From NCBI GenBank assembly GCA_963703345.1, contig OY969814.1:480001-544000 (forward strand): a stretch of 64,000 nucleotides of DNA, written 5' to 3'. This stretch comes from an uncultured Chloroflexia bacterium. GTDB taxonomy: Bacteria > Chloroflexota > Dehalococcoidia > DSTF01 > JALHUB01. A program made the position numbers and the translations under genes. Of the stretch, positions 55,699 through 64,000 are shown in pieces; position 1 is the first letter of the stretch, and the number at the start of each line of letters is the position of its first letter. The notes under the pieces were generated by a model. The model ran no database searches. It was given only the letters and a program-made list of their open reading frames with translations, and was not told the DNA's origin.

Positions 55699-56943
55699 CT
55701 AATACTGGCCGTCACTTTCGATTATACCCTCAACGCCGAGGAGATGTCCCAGCTTGGTGCGTTTTGTCTCGAGGTAGCGCATGTTGAAGGCGTTGGGCTC
55801 GACGACGATGGGTATCCGCTCCACGACCTTCAGGCCGTAGCCCTCCAGGCCGGCGCGCTTGGCGGGATTGTTCGTCAGCAGACGCATCTCGCGGATGCCG
55901 AGGTCGGCCAGGATCTGCATGCCTATGCCGTAATCGCGCCTGTCAGCGGGGAAACCGAGGGCGTGATTGGCCTCCACCGTGTCCATCCCTTCGTCCTGCA
56001 GAGCGTAGGCGCGCAGCTTGTTGTGCAGCCCGATGCCGCGACCCTCCTGACGCATGTAGAGCAGCACGCCGCGGCCCTCTTCGCCAATGCGCTTCATCGC
56101 CAGGGCGATCTGCTCGCCGCAGTCGCAGCGCAGGCTGCCGAAGACGTCGCCGGTCACGCACTGGCTGTGGACGCGCACCAGCACCGGCTCCGGCGTCGTG
56201 ATGTCGCCGAGGACCATCGCCAGATGCTCGTCCGGGTCGATCATGCTCTTGAAGGCGATGGCGCGGAAGTGGCCGTAAGGCGTCGGCAGCACGGTTTCGG
56301 TTACCCGCTCGATTAGCCGGTCTTTGCGCAAACGATAGGTAATGAGGTCGTTGACGCTGATTATCTTCAGCCCGTGACGCGACGCGAAGCGTTTGAGGTC
56401 GGGCAGACGCGCCATCGTGCCGTCGGCGCGCATGATCTCGCAGAGGACGGCCGCCGGCGTGAGCCCCGCCAGTCGGCACAGATCGACGGAGGCCTCAGTC
56501 TGGCCGGCGCGCACGAGGACGCCGCCTTCGCGGGCCCGCAGCGGGAACATGTGTCCCGGCATCACGAGGTCCTCCGGCCGCGCGTCTGGGTCCGCCAGCA
56601 CCTGCACGGTGCGCGCCCGGTCCGCCGCCGAGATGCCGGTTGTGACGCCTTTCCGCGCCTCGACCGACACGGTGAAGCCGGTGCCGAAGTGGGAATCGTT
56701 GCGCCCGACCATGAGCGGGATGCGCAGCTCGTCCAGGCGCTCGCCGCTCATCGAAACGCAGATTAGGCCGCGGCCGTAGCGCGCCATAAAGTTGATCGCG
56801 TCAGCGTCGATGAACTGGGCCGGCAGCGTCAGGTCGCCCTCGTTTTCGCGGTCGCGGTCGTCGACGATTATGACGAACCGACCCCGCTGGTAGTCTTGAA
56901 TCGCCTCCTCGATCGAGGAAAGCTCGCTCCGTTTTCGGGCCAC
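55699..56943 (-). CDS. ribBA: DHBP synthase / GTP cyclohydrolase II
   Basis: DDRDRENEGDL, RAGQTEA, VRVHSQC.TGDVFGSLRCDCG, QEGRGIGL. Confidence 0.97.
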   Translation of the reverse strand: MARKRSELSSIEEAIQDYQRGRFVIIVDDRDRENEGDLTLPAQFIDADAINFMARYGRGLICVSMSGERLDELRIPLMVGRNDSHFGTGFTVSVEARKGVTTGISAADRARTVQVLADPDARPEDLVMPGHMFPLRAREGGVLVRAGQTEASVDLCRLAGLTPAAVLCEIMRADGTMARLPDLKRFASRHGLKIISVNDLITYRLRKDRLIERVTETVLPTPYGHFRAIAFKSMIDPDEHLAMVLGDITTPEPVLVRVHSQCVTGDVFGSLRCDCGEQIALAMKRIGEEGRGVLLYMRQEGRGIGLHNKLRAYALQDEGMDTVEANHALGFPADRRDYGIGMQILADLGIREMRLLTNNPAKRAGLEGYGLKVVERIPIVVEPNAFNMRYLETKRTKLGHLLGVEGIIESDGQY

Positions 56944-56955
56944 TTATTGCCTCCG

Positions 56956-57543
56956 CTATTGCTGCCCTCGCTCCGTCAGCAGTTGCTCCACGTAACGGGC
57001 GATGATATCCGTCTCCAAGTTTACTGCATCGCCGACTTTTCGGCGAGTGAGGTTCGTGTTCGCCTGCGTGTAGGCGACCAGCGATACGACGAAGGAGGCG
57101 GCGTCGCGCTCCACCACCGTGAGACTGACGCCATCGACCGCGATCGGCCCCTTGACGACGACGTAGCGCATGAGCTCTGGCGGCGCGGCGTATCGGGCCA
57201 GGATCGCGTCTGCCTCGGGCGTCAGCGACAGCAGTTGCCCGGTCCCTTCGACGACGCCGCGCACCAGGTGGCCGCTCAGCCGGCTGGCCAGCGTGAGCGA
57301 GCGCTCCAGGTTCACCGCGTCGCCCTTCGCCAGCGCGCTGAGGTTGCTCCGCCGGTAGGTCTCGGGCATGACGTGGAACGTGAAGCACTCCTCGTCCATG
57401 TGGGCGACGGTCAGGTCGACGCCGTTGATGGCGATGCTGTCGCCCAGGTTCGTGCCCCAGAGCGTACGCCGCGCCTCGATGATCAGCTTGCCGCCGCCGC
57501 TCTCTCTGACGACGCCCACCTCTTCGATGATGCCTGTGAACAT
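56956..57543 (-). CDS. ribE: Riboflavin synthase
   Basis: MFTGIIEE, VNLERS, KGPIAVDGVSLT, VNLETD. Confidence 0.96.
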   Translation of the reverse strand: MFTGIIEEVGVVRESGGGKLIIEARRTLWGTNLGDSIAINGVDLTVAHMDEECFTFHVMPETYRRSNLSALAKGDAVNLERSLTLASRLSGHLVRGVVEGTGQLLSLTPEADAILARYAAPPELMRYVVVKGPIAVDGVSLTVVERDAASFVVSLVAYTQANTNLTRRKVGDAVNLETDIIARYVEQLLTERGQQ

Positions 57544-57610
57544 AGGTGGCCTCTTTCCGCTAGCCCTGCGCTCGCCCCCCGCCTGCTGCCGCTACCTCCA
57601 TGAACCGCAA

Positions 57611-57678
57611 TCTTTCCCACCCGCCCGCCCAGGGAAGGTCCACGCGAACAGAGAGAGATTCCCCTCTCGACTCCCCTA
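57611..57678. repeat. Dispersed hairpin repeat, copy 3 (central hairpin missing)
   Basis: TTTCCCACCCGCCCGCCCAG...GAGAGAGATTCCCCTCTCGACTCCCCTA. Confidence 0.68.
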
Positions 57679-58776
57679 CGTGAGACGATCTTCTCGCGGC
57701 GGGTAGCCTGTAACGAGCACGTCATCGCCGAGCCGCTCAACGCTCACTTCGCGTAGCCTCAGCGCCTCCGCCATCCGCTCGACGCCGCGTCCCGCGACTG
57801 CCGCCGGCGCCTCCCTGCCGCCGATTACCAGCGGCGCGACCACTGCGTGCACTTTGTCGACCAGACCGGCGTCGAAGAAGGAGCCGAGCAGCTCGCCGCC
57901 GCCTTCGACGAGAAGGCTGAGCAGTTGCCGCTCCCCCAGGACGCGCAGCAGCTCCTCCAGGTCGACGCGACCTTCCCGGTCCGGCAGGACCAGCACTTCC
58001 GCTCCGGCCTCCGCCATCTGCCTGCGCCAGACCGCGCTGGAGGCAGACGTCGTCGCCAGCAACGCCCTTCCCGGGCCGTCGAGCACGCGTGCGGTCACCG
58101 GCGTGCGACCGCGACTGTCGGCGACGATCCGCAGCGGCTGCCGCTCGGCGTCGATGCCACCCGGCCGCGCCGTGAGCTGTGGGTCGTCGATGAGCACCGT
58201 CCGGACGCCGACCATGATGGCGTCGATCTTCGTTCGCAGGCGGTGACTCCACTCGCGCGTCTCCGGCCCGCTCACCCAGCGCGAGTCGCCGCTCGTCGCC
58301 GCGATCTTGCCGTCCAGGCTCATCGCCCACTTGGCGACGACGAACGGAAGGCCCGTAAGACGCTGCTTGACGTACGCTTCGTTTATGCGTCGCGCCTCTT
58401 GTTCGCCCTCGCCGGCGTGGACCGTGATGCCCGCCTCTCGCAACTCCTCGGCGCCGCGGCCTCGACCCTGTGCGTCGGGGTCGTCGTGCGCGTAGTGAAC
58501 TTCGCCGATGCCGGCGTCGATGATCGCTTTCGTGCAGGGAGGCGTGCGCCCATAGTGACTGCACGGCTCCAGCGTGACGTACAGAGTAGCGCCGCGCGCA
58601 TCGTCGCCCGCCTGCTCGATGGCGACGATCTCTGCGTGCGGGCCGCCCGGCGGCTGCGTGTGGCCCTCGCCGACAATGCGTCCATCCTTGACCAGCACCG
58701 CGCCGACGGCCGGATTGGGGCTCGTCGTGCCGAGCGCCTCACGGGCAAGCTCCAGGGCGCGCGCCATGTAGTCCAT
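57676..58776 (-). CDS. ribD: Riboflavin biosynthesis deaminase/reductase
   Basis: PNPAVGAV, HAE, TLEPCSH.GRTPPC, SLDGKIA, LVEGGG. Confidence 0.97.
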   Translation of the reverse strand: MDYMARALELAREALGTTSPNPAVGAVLVKDGRIVGEGHTQPPGGPHAEIVAIEQAGDDARGATLYVTLEPCSHYGRTPPCTKAIIDAGIGEVHYAHDDPDAQGRGRGAEELREAGITVHAGEGEQEARRINEAYVKQRLTGLPFVVAKWAMSLDGKIAATSGDSRWVSGPETREWSHRLRTKIDAIMVGVRTVLIDDPQLTARPGGIDAERQPLRIVADSRGRTPVTARVLDGPGRALLATTSASSAVWRRQMAEAGAEVLVLPDREGRVDLEELLRVLGERQLLSLLVEGGGELLGSFFDAGLVDKVHAVVAPLVIGGREAPAAVAGRGVERMAEALRLREVSVERLGDDVLVTGYPPREDRLT

Positions 58777-58864
58777 CGTTCCCGAATTCCTATCTCATGC
58801 CGCGGACTTCAGTCCGCGGTGGCGTTTCCGCTAACCCGCTGGCCTGCGCGTATTCTACCTAGGA

Positions 58865-59431
58865 TCAGACCTTGAAGTCTTCGTGGATGCGACTCGGCGT
58901 CGGCTCCTGCTGCCCCTGGTACTTGCTGCCGAGCCCGGGCGACCCGTACGGGCGCTCCACAGGCGTCGACAGGCGCAGGAAAGATATCTGGCACACCTTC
59001 ATGCCGCCGTAGAGAGCGATGGGCATCGGCGAGGCGTTGGAGAGCTCCAGCGTCAGCTTGCCGCTGAAGCCGGGGTCAACGTAGCCGGCGGTGGCATGGA
59101 CGAGTAGGCCGAGGCGGCCCAGCGAGCTGCGTCCGTCGAGGCGGGCGACGAGGTTGTCCGGCAGCGTAATCGTCTCGAGCGTGTTGGCGAGGACGAGCTG
59201 CCCCGGCGCGATGACGAACGGCTTGCCCTCGTCGACGGAGACAAGCTCCGTGCAATCGTCGCACGGCTCGCGGACGTCGATCTGGGAGCGCGCGCCCATC
59301 TTGAAGACGCGGAAGAGGCGGTCGAGGCGGAGGTCGACGCTGGAGGGCTGGACGGCGTTATCGCCCAGCGGCTCGATGCGCAGCCGGCCGCTCGCCAGCT
59401 CCTCGCGGATAGACTTATCGCTAAGAACCAA
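58865..59431 (-). CDS. dcd: dCTP deaminase
   Basis: VLSDKSI, QPSSVDLRL, GRSSLGRLGL.VH.TAGYVDPGF.G. Start either TTG 59431 or ATG 59455. Confidence 0.95.
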   Translation of the reverse strand: MVLSDKSIREELASGRLRIEPLGDNAVQPSSVDLRLDRLFRVFKMGARSQIDVREPCDDCTELVSVDEGKPFVIAPGQLVLANTLETITLPDNLVARLDGRSSLGRLGLLVHATAGYVDPGFSGKLTLELSNASPMPIALYGGMKVCQISFLRLSTPVERPYGSPGLGSKYQGQQEPTPSRIHEDFKV

Positions 59432-59993
59432 GGTCTCTTCCGAATCTAGCGGCATAGTCGGGGTGAGCTTTCACCTTCTCAATCTGGTCGGCGTGGTCTC
59501 GGGCGTGCACGTACACGAACGCCGCCCACTCCTTGCACGTCAGGTCGCCGAAGAACGGGTGATAGGCCGTCGCCTGCGACACCGCGCCCTCGGGGATCGC
59601 CGCTACCGCCGCCCGCACCTCATCGAACGACCGCGCGACGCCGCGACGTAGCTCCGCCAGCGTCTGCCCGGCGTCCTCGAGAACCGCCGGCGTCTCTACG
59701 TAAGGGCCGCCGCCCTCTCCCGTAGCCAGCGCGCCGATAATCCGTGCGGTGTCGCGCATCGACGCGTCGACATGCCTCAGCACGTCCGCGATGCACCATT
59801 CGCCGGGCGAGGGACGGAAGCGGGCCTGCGATTCGCTCACGCCCGCCAGCGATTGCTCCAGCCAGCCGGCCGCTCGGTTGACGAGAGCCAGCAGGTCAGA
59901 CGTGGACTTCGACGCCTGGTGCCTCAGGTAGCCGACCACCTGTTGCCTGGCGTCGTCCGCCAGCGGTGCTTGGTTCTCCCGATTCTCTTGCAT
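59421..59993 (-). CDS. DinB family protein
   Basis: FRP.PGEWCIADVLRH, HPFFGDL...EW..F..VH..DH..QI. Confidence 0.85.
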   Translation of the reverse strand: MQENRENQAPLADDARQQVVGYLRHQASKSTSDLLALVNRAAGWLEQSLAGVSESQARFRPSPGEWCIADVLRHVDASMRDTARIIGALATGEGGGPYVETPAVLEDAGQTLAELRRGVARSFDEVRAAVAAIPEGAVSQATAYHPFFGDLTCKEWAAFVYVHARDHADQIEKVKAHPDYAARFGRDLGS

Positions 59994-60200
59994 CTCGCGC
60001 TCGCTTCCGCTTCGGCCCGTTCCGCGAATCTTGATCATTCTATCACGCGCCGGCCGCGTTAACCTTTGCCCTAATGAAGCGTTACAAATGATACAACTGA
60101 TGTCTGTAGACGCGCTTGCGCTCCTGTCTGCACTTGACAACGGCGGAAGCGGGGGCTAGTCTATAGCTCCGCGCGCTTGAGGGAAAGGGATAGAGGCGGC

Positions 60201-61427
60201 ATGGGAGACTTCGAGCCTTCAGGCAGGACCACAATTCCAGGCTTCTCTTTACTTGAGTACCAGATCACCCGACGCCGGCTGCTCGCCCTCTCAGCGATGG
60301 CCGGCGCGGCGGCGGTAACTGTCAGTTGCCTTCCCCCGGTCGAACCGAAAAAGGTCACTTCGACGACGCACCTGGCCTGGGCCTGGCAGTTCTCTGCCGA
60401 CGGTGCGCCGGAGAAAATAGCCGGCGTCCTCGCGCAAAATAACCTGGGAATCATCCTCAAGACGCACAACGGCACCCGCTGGATGGGCGACTGGGACAAG
60501 TCGTCTCAGGCCGTGACCGGTCCCGCGCAAGTGCAGAACCTGGCCAACTATTTCGAGAAGAACGGCGTTCCGTTCCACACGTATTGCGTGTTGAATGGTC
60601 TCGATCCGATGACTGAGGCGCAGATGTGCGCTCAGGTCATTGGTGCCGGCGCGCGCAGCATCGTAATTGATCTTGAGCCGTGGGCCGGCTACTGGGCAGG
60701 CACCCCGCAGACCGCAGCCGCTTTCGCGCAGGAGTTCCGGCGCCAGCAGCCGAACGGCGTCGTCAGCCTTTGCGTCGAGCCGCGGCCTTGGGTGATGCCG
60801 CGTATCCCGATGGCTGAGTTCGCCTCCATCGCCCAGATCATTGCGCCGATGATCTACTGGGAGACGTTCGCCACCTCAGAGAACGTCTCGTCGTTCAAGG
60901 CCGCCGGCTTCGATCCCGGTCAGCGCGGTATCTGCCCGGAATTCCTTCTCGACGTCTCCAGCAGCATGTTTAGCCGCTACGGCCTTCCTATCCAGCCCGT
61001 CGGCCAGGGCGACTCGACGCTCGACGCCTGGGTCCACTTCCTGACCCGCGCTTACGCCCTGGGAATGGGCTGCGTCTCTGCCTGGCGCTACGGCGTCACC
61101 AACACCGACGTCTGGCCGCTGCTGAAGGCAAATCCACCGGGCTCGCAGATCGTAGCGCCCACGCCAACCGCGGCGCCCACCGTGGCGCCAAAGTTCAAGA
61201 TCGGTGGCCGCGCCAAAGTCGCAAACACCGGCTCCTCCTGCCTCAACGTGAGGGAGGCGCCGTCGGAGTTGGCAAACGTCACCGGCTGCCTGACGGACGG
61301 GACGAGAGTCACAATCAAGGACGGCCCCGTCGATGCCGGCGGCTACCGCTGGTGGCTCGTCCAGACCAGCACCGTCAAAGGCTGGGCCGCCGAAGCGAAC
61401 GCCTGGGGCATCGCCTGGCTCGTGTAG
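60201..61427 (+). CDS. Tat-exported (lipo)protein, glycoside-hydrolase-like barrel plus C-terminal SH3b
   Basis: ITRRRLL twin-Arg motif, TVSC, SIVIDLE, APMIYW, Pro/Thr linker, CLNVREAP...GY.WW.V...GWAAE. Confidence 0.72.
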   Translation: MGDFEPSGRTTIPGFSLLEYQITRRRLLALSAMAGAAAVTVSCLPPVEPKKVTSTTHLAWAWQFSADGAPEKIAGVLAQNNLGIILKTHNGTRWMGDWDKSSQAVTGPAQVQNLANYFEKNGVPFHTYCVLNGLDPMTEAQMCAQVIGAGARSIVIDLEPWAGYWAGTPQTAAAFAQEFRRQQPNGVVSLCVEPRPWVMPRIPMAEFASIAQIIAPMIYWETFATSENVSSFKAAGFDPGQRGICPEFLLDVSSSMFSRYGLPIQPVGQGDSTLDAWVHFLTRAYALGMGCVSAWRYGVTNTDVWPLLKANPPGSQIVAPTPTAAPTVAPKFKIGGRAKVANTGSSCLNVREAPSELANVTGCLTDGTRVTIKDGPVDAGGYRWWLVQTSTVKGWAAEANAWGIAWLV

Positions 61428-61487
61428 CCATTCGGTCGATCCCCGCAGCCCCCCAAACGGTGCGGCATCGCCCCGATTCTCCTCGGT

Positions 61488-62108
61488 CTAAAGCCGCGGC
61501 CTCGATACGAACTCGTTGTCCGATAGGTAGAACCGCAGCTTTCGGTCCTTCCACGCCTGCGCGTAAGCCACGCCCACCCTACGCGTTGCGACGATCTGCG
61601 ACGCCTTGACCGTCTCGCCGCGGTCCTCGATCCAGATGAGATCGCCGCACAGGTCCACGCCATTCAGGCCGCCGTCGGCGCCGAGGGCGCAACTGAGCCG
61701 CGCCGGTCCGGAAGCGAGCAGACGCCCGTCTTTGCCACCGCGGTTCGCCACCATCTCTTCGACGCCTTCCACCGGTTCCAGCGCCCTCAGCAGAACGGCG
61801 CCGGCGCTCCCCTCCGTCTCCGTCACGACGTTCATCATCCAGAAGAGGCCGTAGATGAAGTACATATACAAATGCCCACCCTCGCCGAACATCACGTCCG
61901 TGCGCCTCGTCCGTCCGCGAAAGGCGTGGGACGCCATGTCCCGCACGCCCAGGTAAGCCTCGGTCTCGACGATCTTGCCGGCCAGCCGCCGCTTTCCCGG
62001 CGGCGCATACACCAGGTACTTGCCGAGAAGCTGTCTTGCGACCGTGCGAGCATCGCGCTCATAAAAGGAACGTTCAAGCTTATTGTGGAGTTCCCGCCCG
62101 GAGTTCAT
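61488..62108 (-). CDS. mpg: DNA-3-methyladenine glycosylase (MPG/AAG family)
   Basis: IVETEAY, YMYFIYG, GAVLLRALEP, SGPARL, TRRVGV. Confidence 0.95.
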   Translation of the reverse strand: MNSGRELHNKLERSFYERDARTVARQLLGKYLVYAPPGKRRLAGKIVETEAYLGVRDMASHAFRGRTRRTDVMFGEGGHLYMYFIYGLFWMMNVVTETEGSAGAVLLRALEPVEGVEEMVANRGGKDGRLLASGPARLSCALGADGGLNGVDLCGDLIWIEDRGETVKASQIVATRRVGVAYAQAWKDRKLRFYLSDNEFVSRPRL

Positions 62109-62147
62109 GCTTTTCCTGATGTCGCGCCTGAGGTATAGTCTCTTATC

Positions 62148-62624
62148 ATGGCCATCATCGATCGAGAGCGCAACATGACGGTCAGCAACCTTCCTCCAGA
62201 CCGAGAAGAATGGGCGGGTCTCTACGCCGCCTTCGCGATTCTGCGCAAGGAATCGGAGAGGGCGCTGTCGGCGTGGGATCTGACGGTCCCCCAGGCGGCG
62301 GTGCTGGCGCTCCTCGCCGAAGCCCCCGGTCCGCTGCCGATAACGAAGCTGGCCCGGCTGTTGCTTCAGGAGAGCCCAAGCATCACTAGCCTTGTCGACC
62401 GAATGTGCAACAACGGCCTCGTGAAGCGCGGCAAGGACCCCGACGACCGACGTTTGGTGCTGATTCAGCTAACCGCCAAAGGCCGCCGCGTCCACGACGA
62501 AGTCCGCTCCCACGCCACAGCCTTTAGCGACGAGATGTTCGGCGTGCTGACGGACGAGGAGCGCATCACTCTCCGCCAGCTACTGCACAAATTCGGGCGC
62601 GCTAACGTAAAGCGGCTCCGCTGA
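62148..62624 (+). CDS. MarR family regulator
   Basis: LTVPQ..VL, ITSLVDRM...GLVKR..DP.DRR...IQLT.KG. Confidence 0.93.
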   Translation: MAIIDRERNMTVSNLPPDREEWAGLYAAFAILRKESERALSAWDLTVPQAAVLALLAEAPGPLPITKLARLLLQESPSITSLVDRMCNNGLVKRGKDPDDRRLVLIQLTAKGRRVHDEVRSHATAFSDEMFGVLTDEERITLRQLLHKFGRANVKRLR

Positions 62625-62637
62625 TCGCGGTCCTCGC

Positions 62638-63600
62638 TTACGTCAACCATCGCCTCCTTGCGTACCAGCCTGCGGCACCGAGGAGCAGGATTCCTGCGAT
62701 GCCGCCGACGATGGCCGCGTGCATTGGAGTCGACGAGCTCCCTGAGGCGGCGCCAGCAAGCGGTCGCCCGTTCACATCTGGTGCGTCTGCCACACCGCCG
62801 ATGGCCGCGGGCGTTGGCGGTACGATCGTCTTGATCGCAGGCGCGCACACCTCCGCCGGCGAGAGAACCGCTACGTTCTGCTGCGGGCCGAACTGGGAAA
62901 TCACGTTAAGGACGGGGCCCGGCGGAGATCCGGCGATGCCGAAGCACTCAACATGGGGCACGTTCATATCCCCTACGCCGTTCTTGATCGACGGCAGGCA
63001 GAGATGCGTAGGCGGCCCAACTGACACACTTTGCTCCACGCCCAACTGCGTCTCCAGTGTCACCGGCGGAAATGCAGGCGATGTTCCGGTAACGCCATAG
63101 CACTCGTAATGCGGTGCCACCGGCAGTATCGTGGACGGTAGTTCCGGCGCTATCGCTATGTTGGCGGGCACGCACAGCTCGTTGGGAGCGCCAACCGGAA
63201 CGTTTGTCTGAATGCCGAACTGCGTTTGCAGATTTACGACCCGGTCGGGAAGAGGTTCCGCAATAGCAAAACATTCCACGTTCGGCGCGTTCAGGTCTCC
63301 CTCGCCGTTCTTCAGGGCGGCCAGACAAAGGCGCGTTGAAAGACCGACGGCCACTTCCTGCACGACGCCGAACTGATTCTGCAGCCTCACCGAGAAACCT
63401 GGCAGCGGCCGCGCGCCGATATCGTAGCACTTGTAATGGGGCACCGTGGGGAGCGGCGGCTGAGCCGTCGCCGGCCCCGGGACCCCCCAGGCGAGATACG
63501 TCGCCGCGAGAGCCGCCACCAGTGCTGAAGCTATCTTCTCCGTCTCCTTAGCCCCTCGTTTTCCGCTGCCCGACGGGCCTTCCCGGCGCATGCACTTCAC
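62638..63600 (-). CDS. Secreted, membrane-anchored protein with four Cys-containing repeats and a GWYARRRWL tail
   Basis: Signal peptide ending PATA-Q, four [HN]xxC[YF]...Q[FL]G...C repeats, C-terminal TM plus basic cluster. Start uncertain. Confidence 0.8.
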   Translation of the reverse strand: MKCMRREGPSGSGKRGAKETEKIASALVAALAATYLAWGVPGPATAQPPLPTVPHYKCYDIGARPLPGFSVRLQNQFGVVQEVAVGLSTRLCLAALKNGEGDLNAPNVECFAIAEPLPDRVVNLQTQFGIQTNVPVGAPNELCVPANIAIAPELPSTILPVAPHYECYGVTGTSPAFPPVTLETQLGVEQSVSVGPPTHLCLPSIKNGVGDMNVPHVECFGIAGSPPGPVLNVISQFGPQQNVAVLSPAEVCAPAIKTIVPPTPAAIGGVADAPDVNGRPLAGAASGSSSTPMHAAIVGGIAGILLLGAAGWYARRRWLT

Positions 63601-63824
63601 TGGAGCACGTCCGGCATGGCCCGACGGGCCAATCGCCGCCGTTCGTTCGTTCGTCTTGGGCGCGCGGTCCTCGACGGCGGGAGACGCTCATGGGGAAATA
63701 TCTCGTCAACCGAGAGATTTCGCTCCCGCGGGCACAAACACCCGGATCTCGACGCTTCCGTTGCCTGGTCAAGGCTTACAGGTAGGAGCCCGGCAGCTCT
63801 CTTGGCTGTGGCAACAGCTCCCGT

Positions 63825-64000
63825 TTACGCCAACCATCGCCTCCTTGCGTACCAGCCCGCGGCGCCGAGGAGGAGGATTCCGGCGATGGCGCCGCCGATG
63901 GCCGCGTACGTCGTGGTCAACGAGCCCCCTGAGGCGCCCGCAAGCGATCCCCCGTTCATATCCGGTGCCTCCGCGACGCCGCCGACAAGACGCGGAGTGC
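63825..64000 (-). CDS. 3' end of a second protein with the same C-terminal tail (5' beyond the window)
   Basis: Manual translation gives TPRLVGGVAEAPDMNGGSLAGASGGSLTTTYAAIGGAIAGILLLGAAGWYARRRWLA*. Confidence 0.85.
   Translation of the reverse strand, partial: TPRLVGGVAEAPDMNGGSLAGASGGSLTTTYAAIGGAIAGILLLGAAGWYARRRWLA

Overview
GC-rich bacterial chromosome segment. Gene content and protein style suggest Chloroflexota, probably Dehalococcoidia (inference, no database search was possible). It is mostly housekeeping and mostly on the minus strand: groESL with a perfect CIRCE, tsaD, rpmH-rnpA-yidD-(beta-propeller lipoprotein)-yidC-jag-pfkB-parAB with a perfect parS but no dnaA, slt/alr, etfAB with a membrane Fe-S oxidoreductase, hrcA-grpE-dnaK, rho-fsa-pyrG, otsA under a c-di-AMP riboswitch, a siroheme-route heme operon, a rib operon, dcd and mpg. 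No rRNA, tRNA, CRISPR array, transposase or integrase was seen. Best leads: (1) an AdoMetDC-fold decarboxylase + deoxyhypusine-synthase-like + agmatinase cluster that reads as a compact homospermidine pathway; (2) two tandem surface proteins sharing a [IV]GGVA-linker-TM-GWYARRRWL tail, a candidate sorting signal; (3) a dispersed hairpin repeat that sits on TAG stops and in one case is in frame in a gene; (4) a decayed duplicate of the hemD 3' end flanking cargo genes; (5) domain-deleted HrcA and CoA-transferases; (6) an alr gene that appears to need an ATC start.
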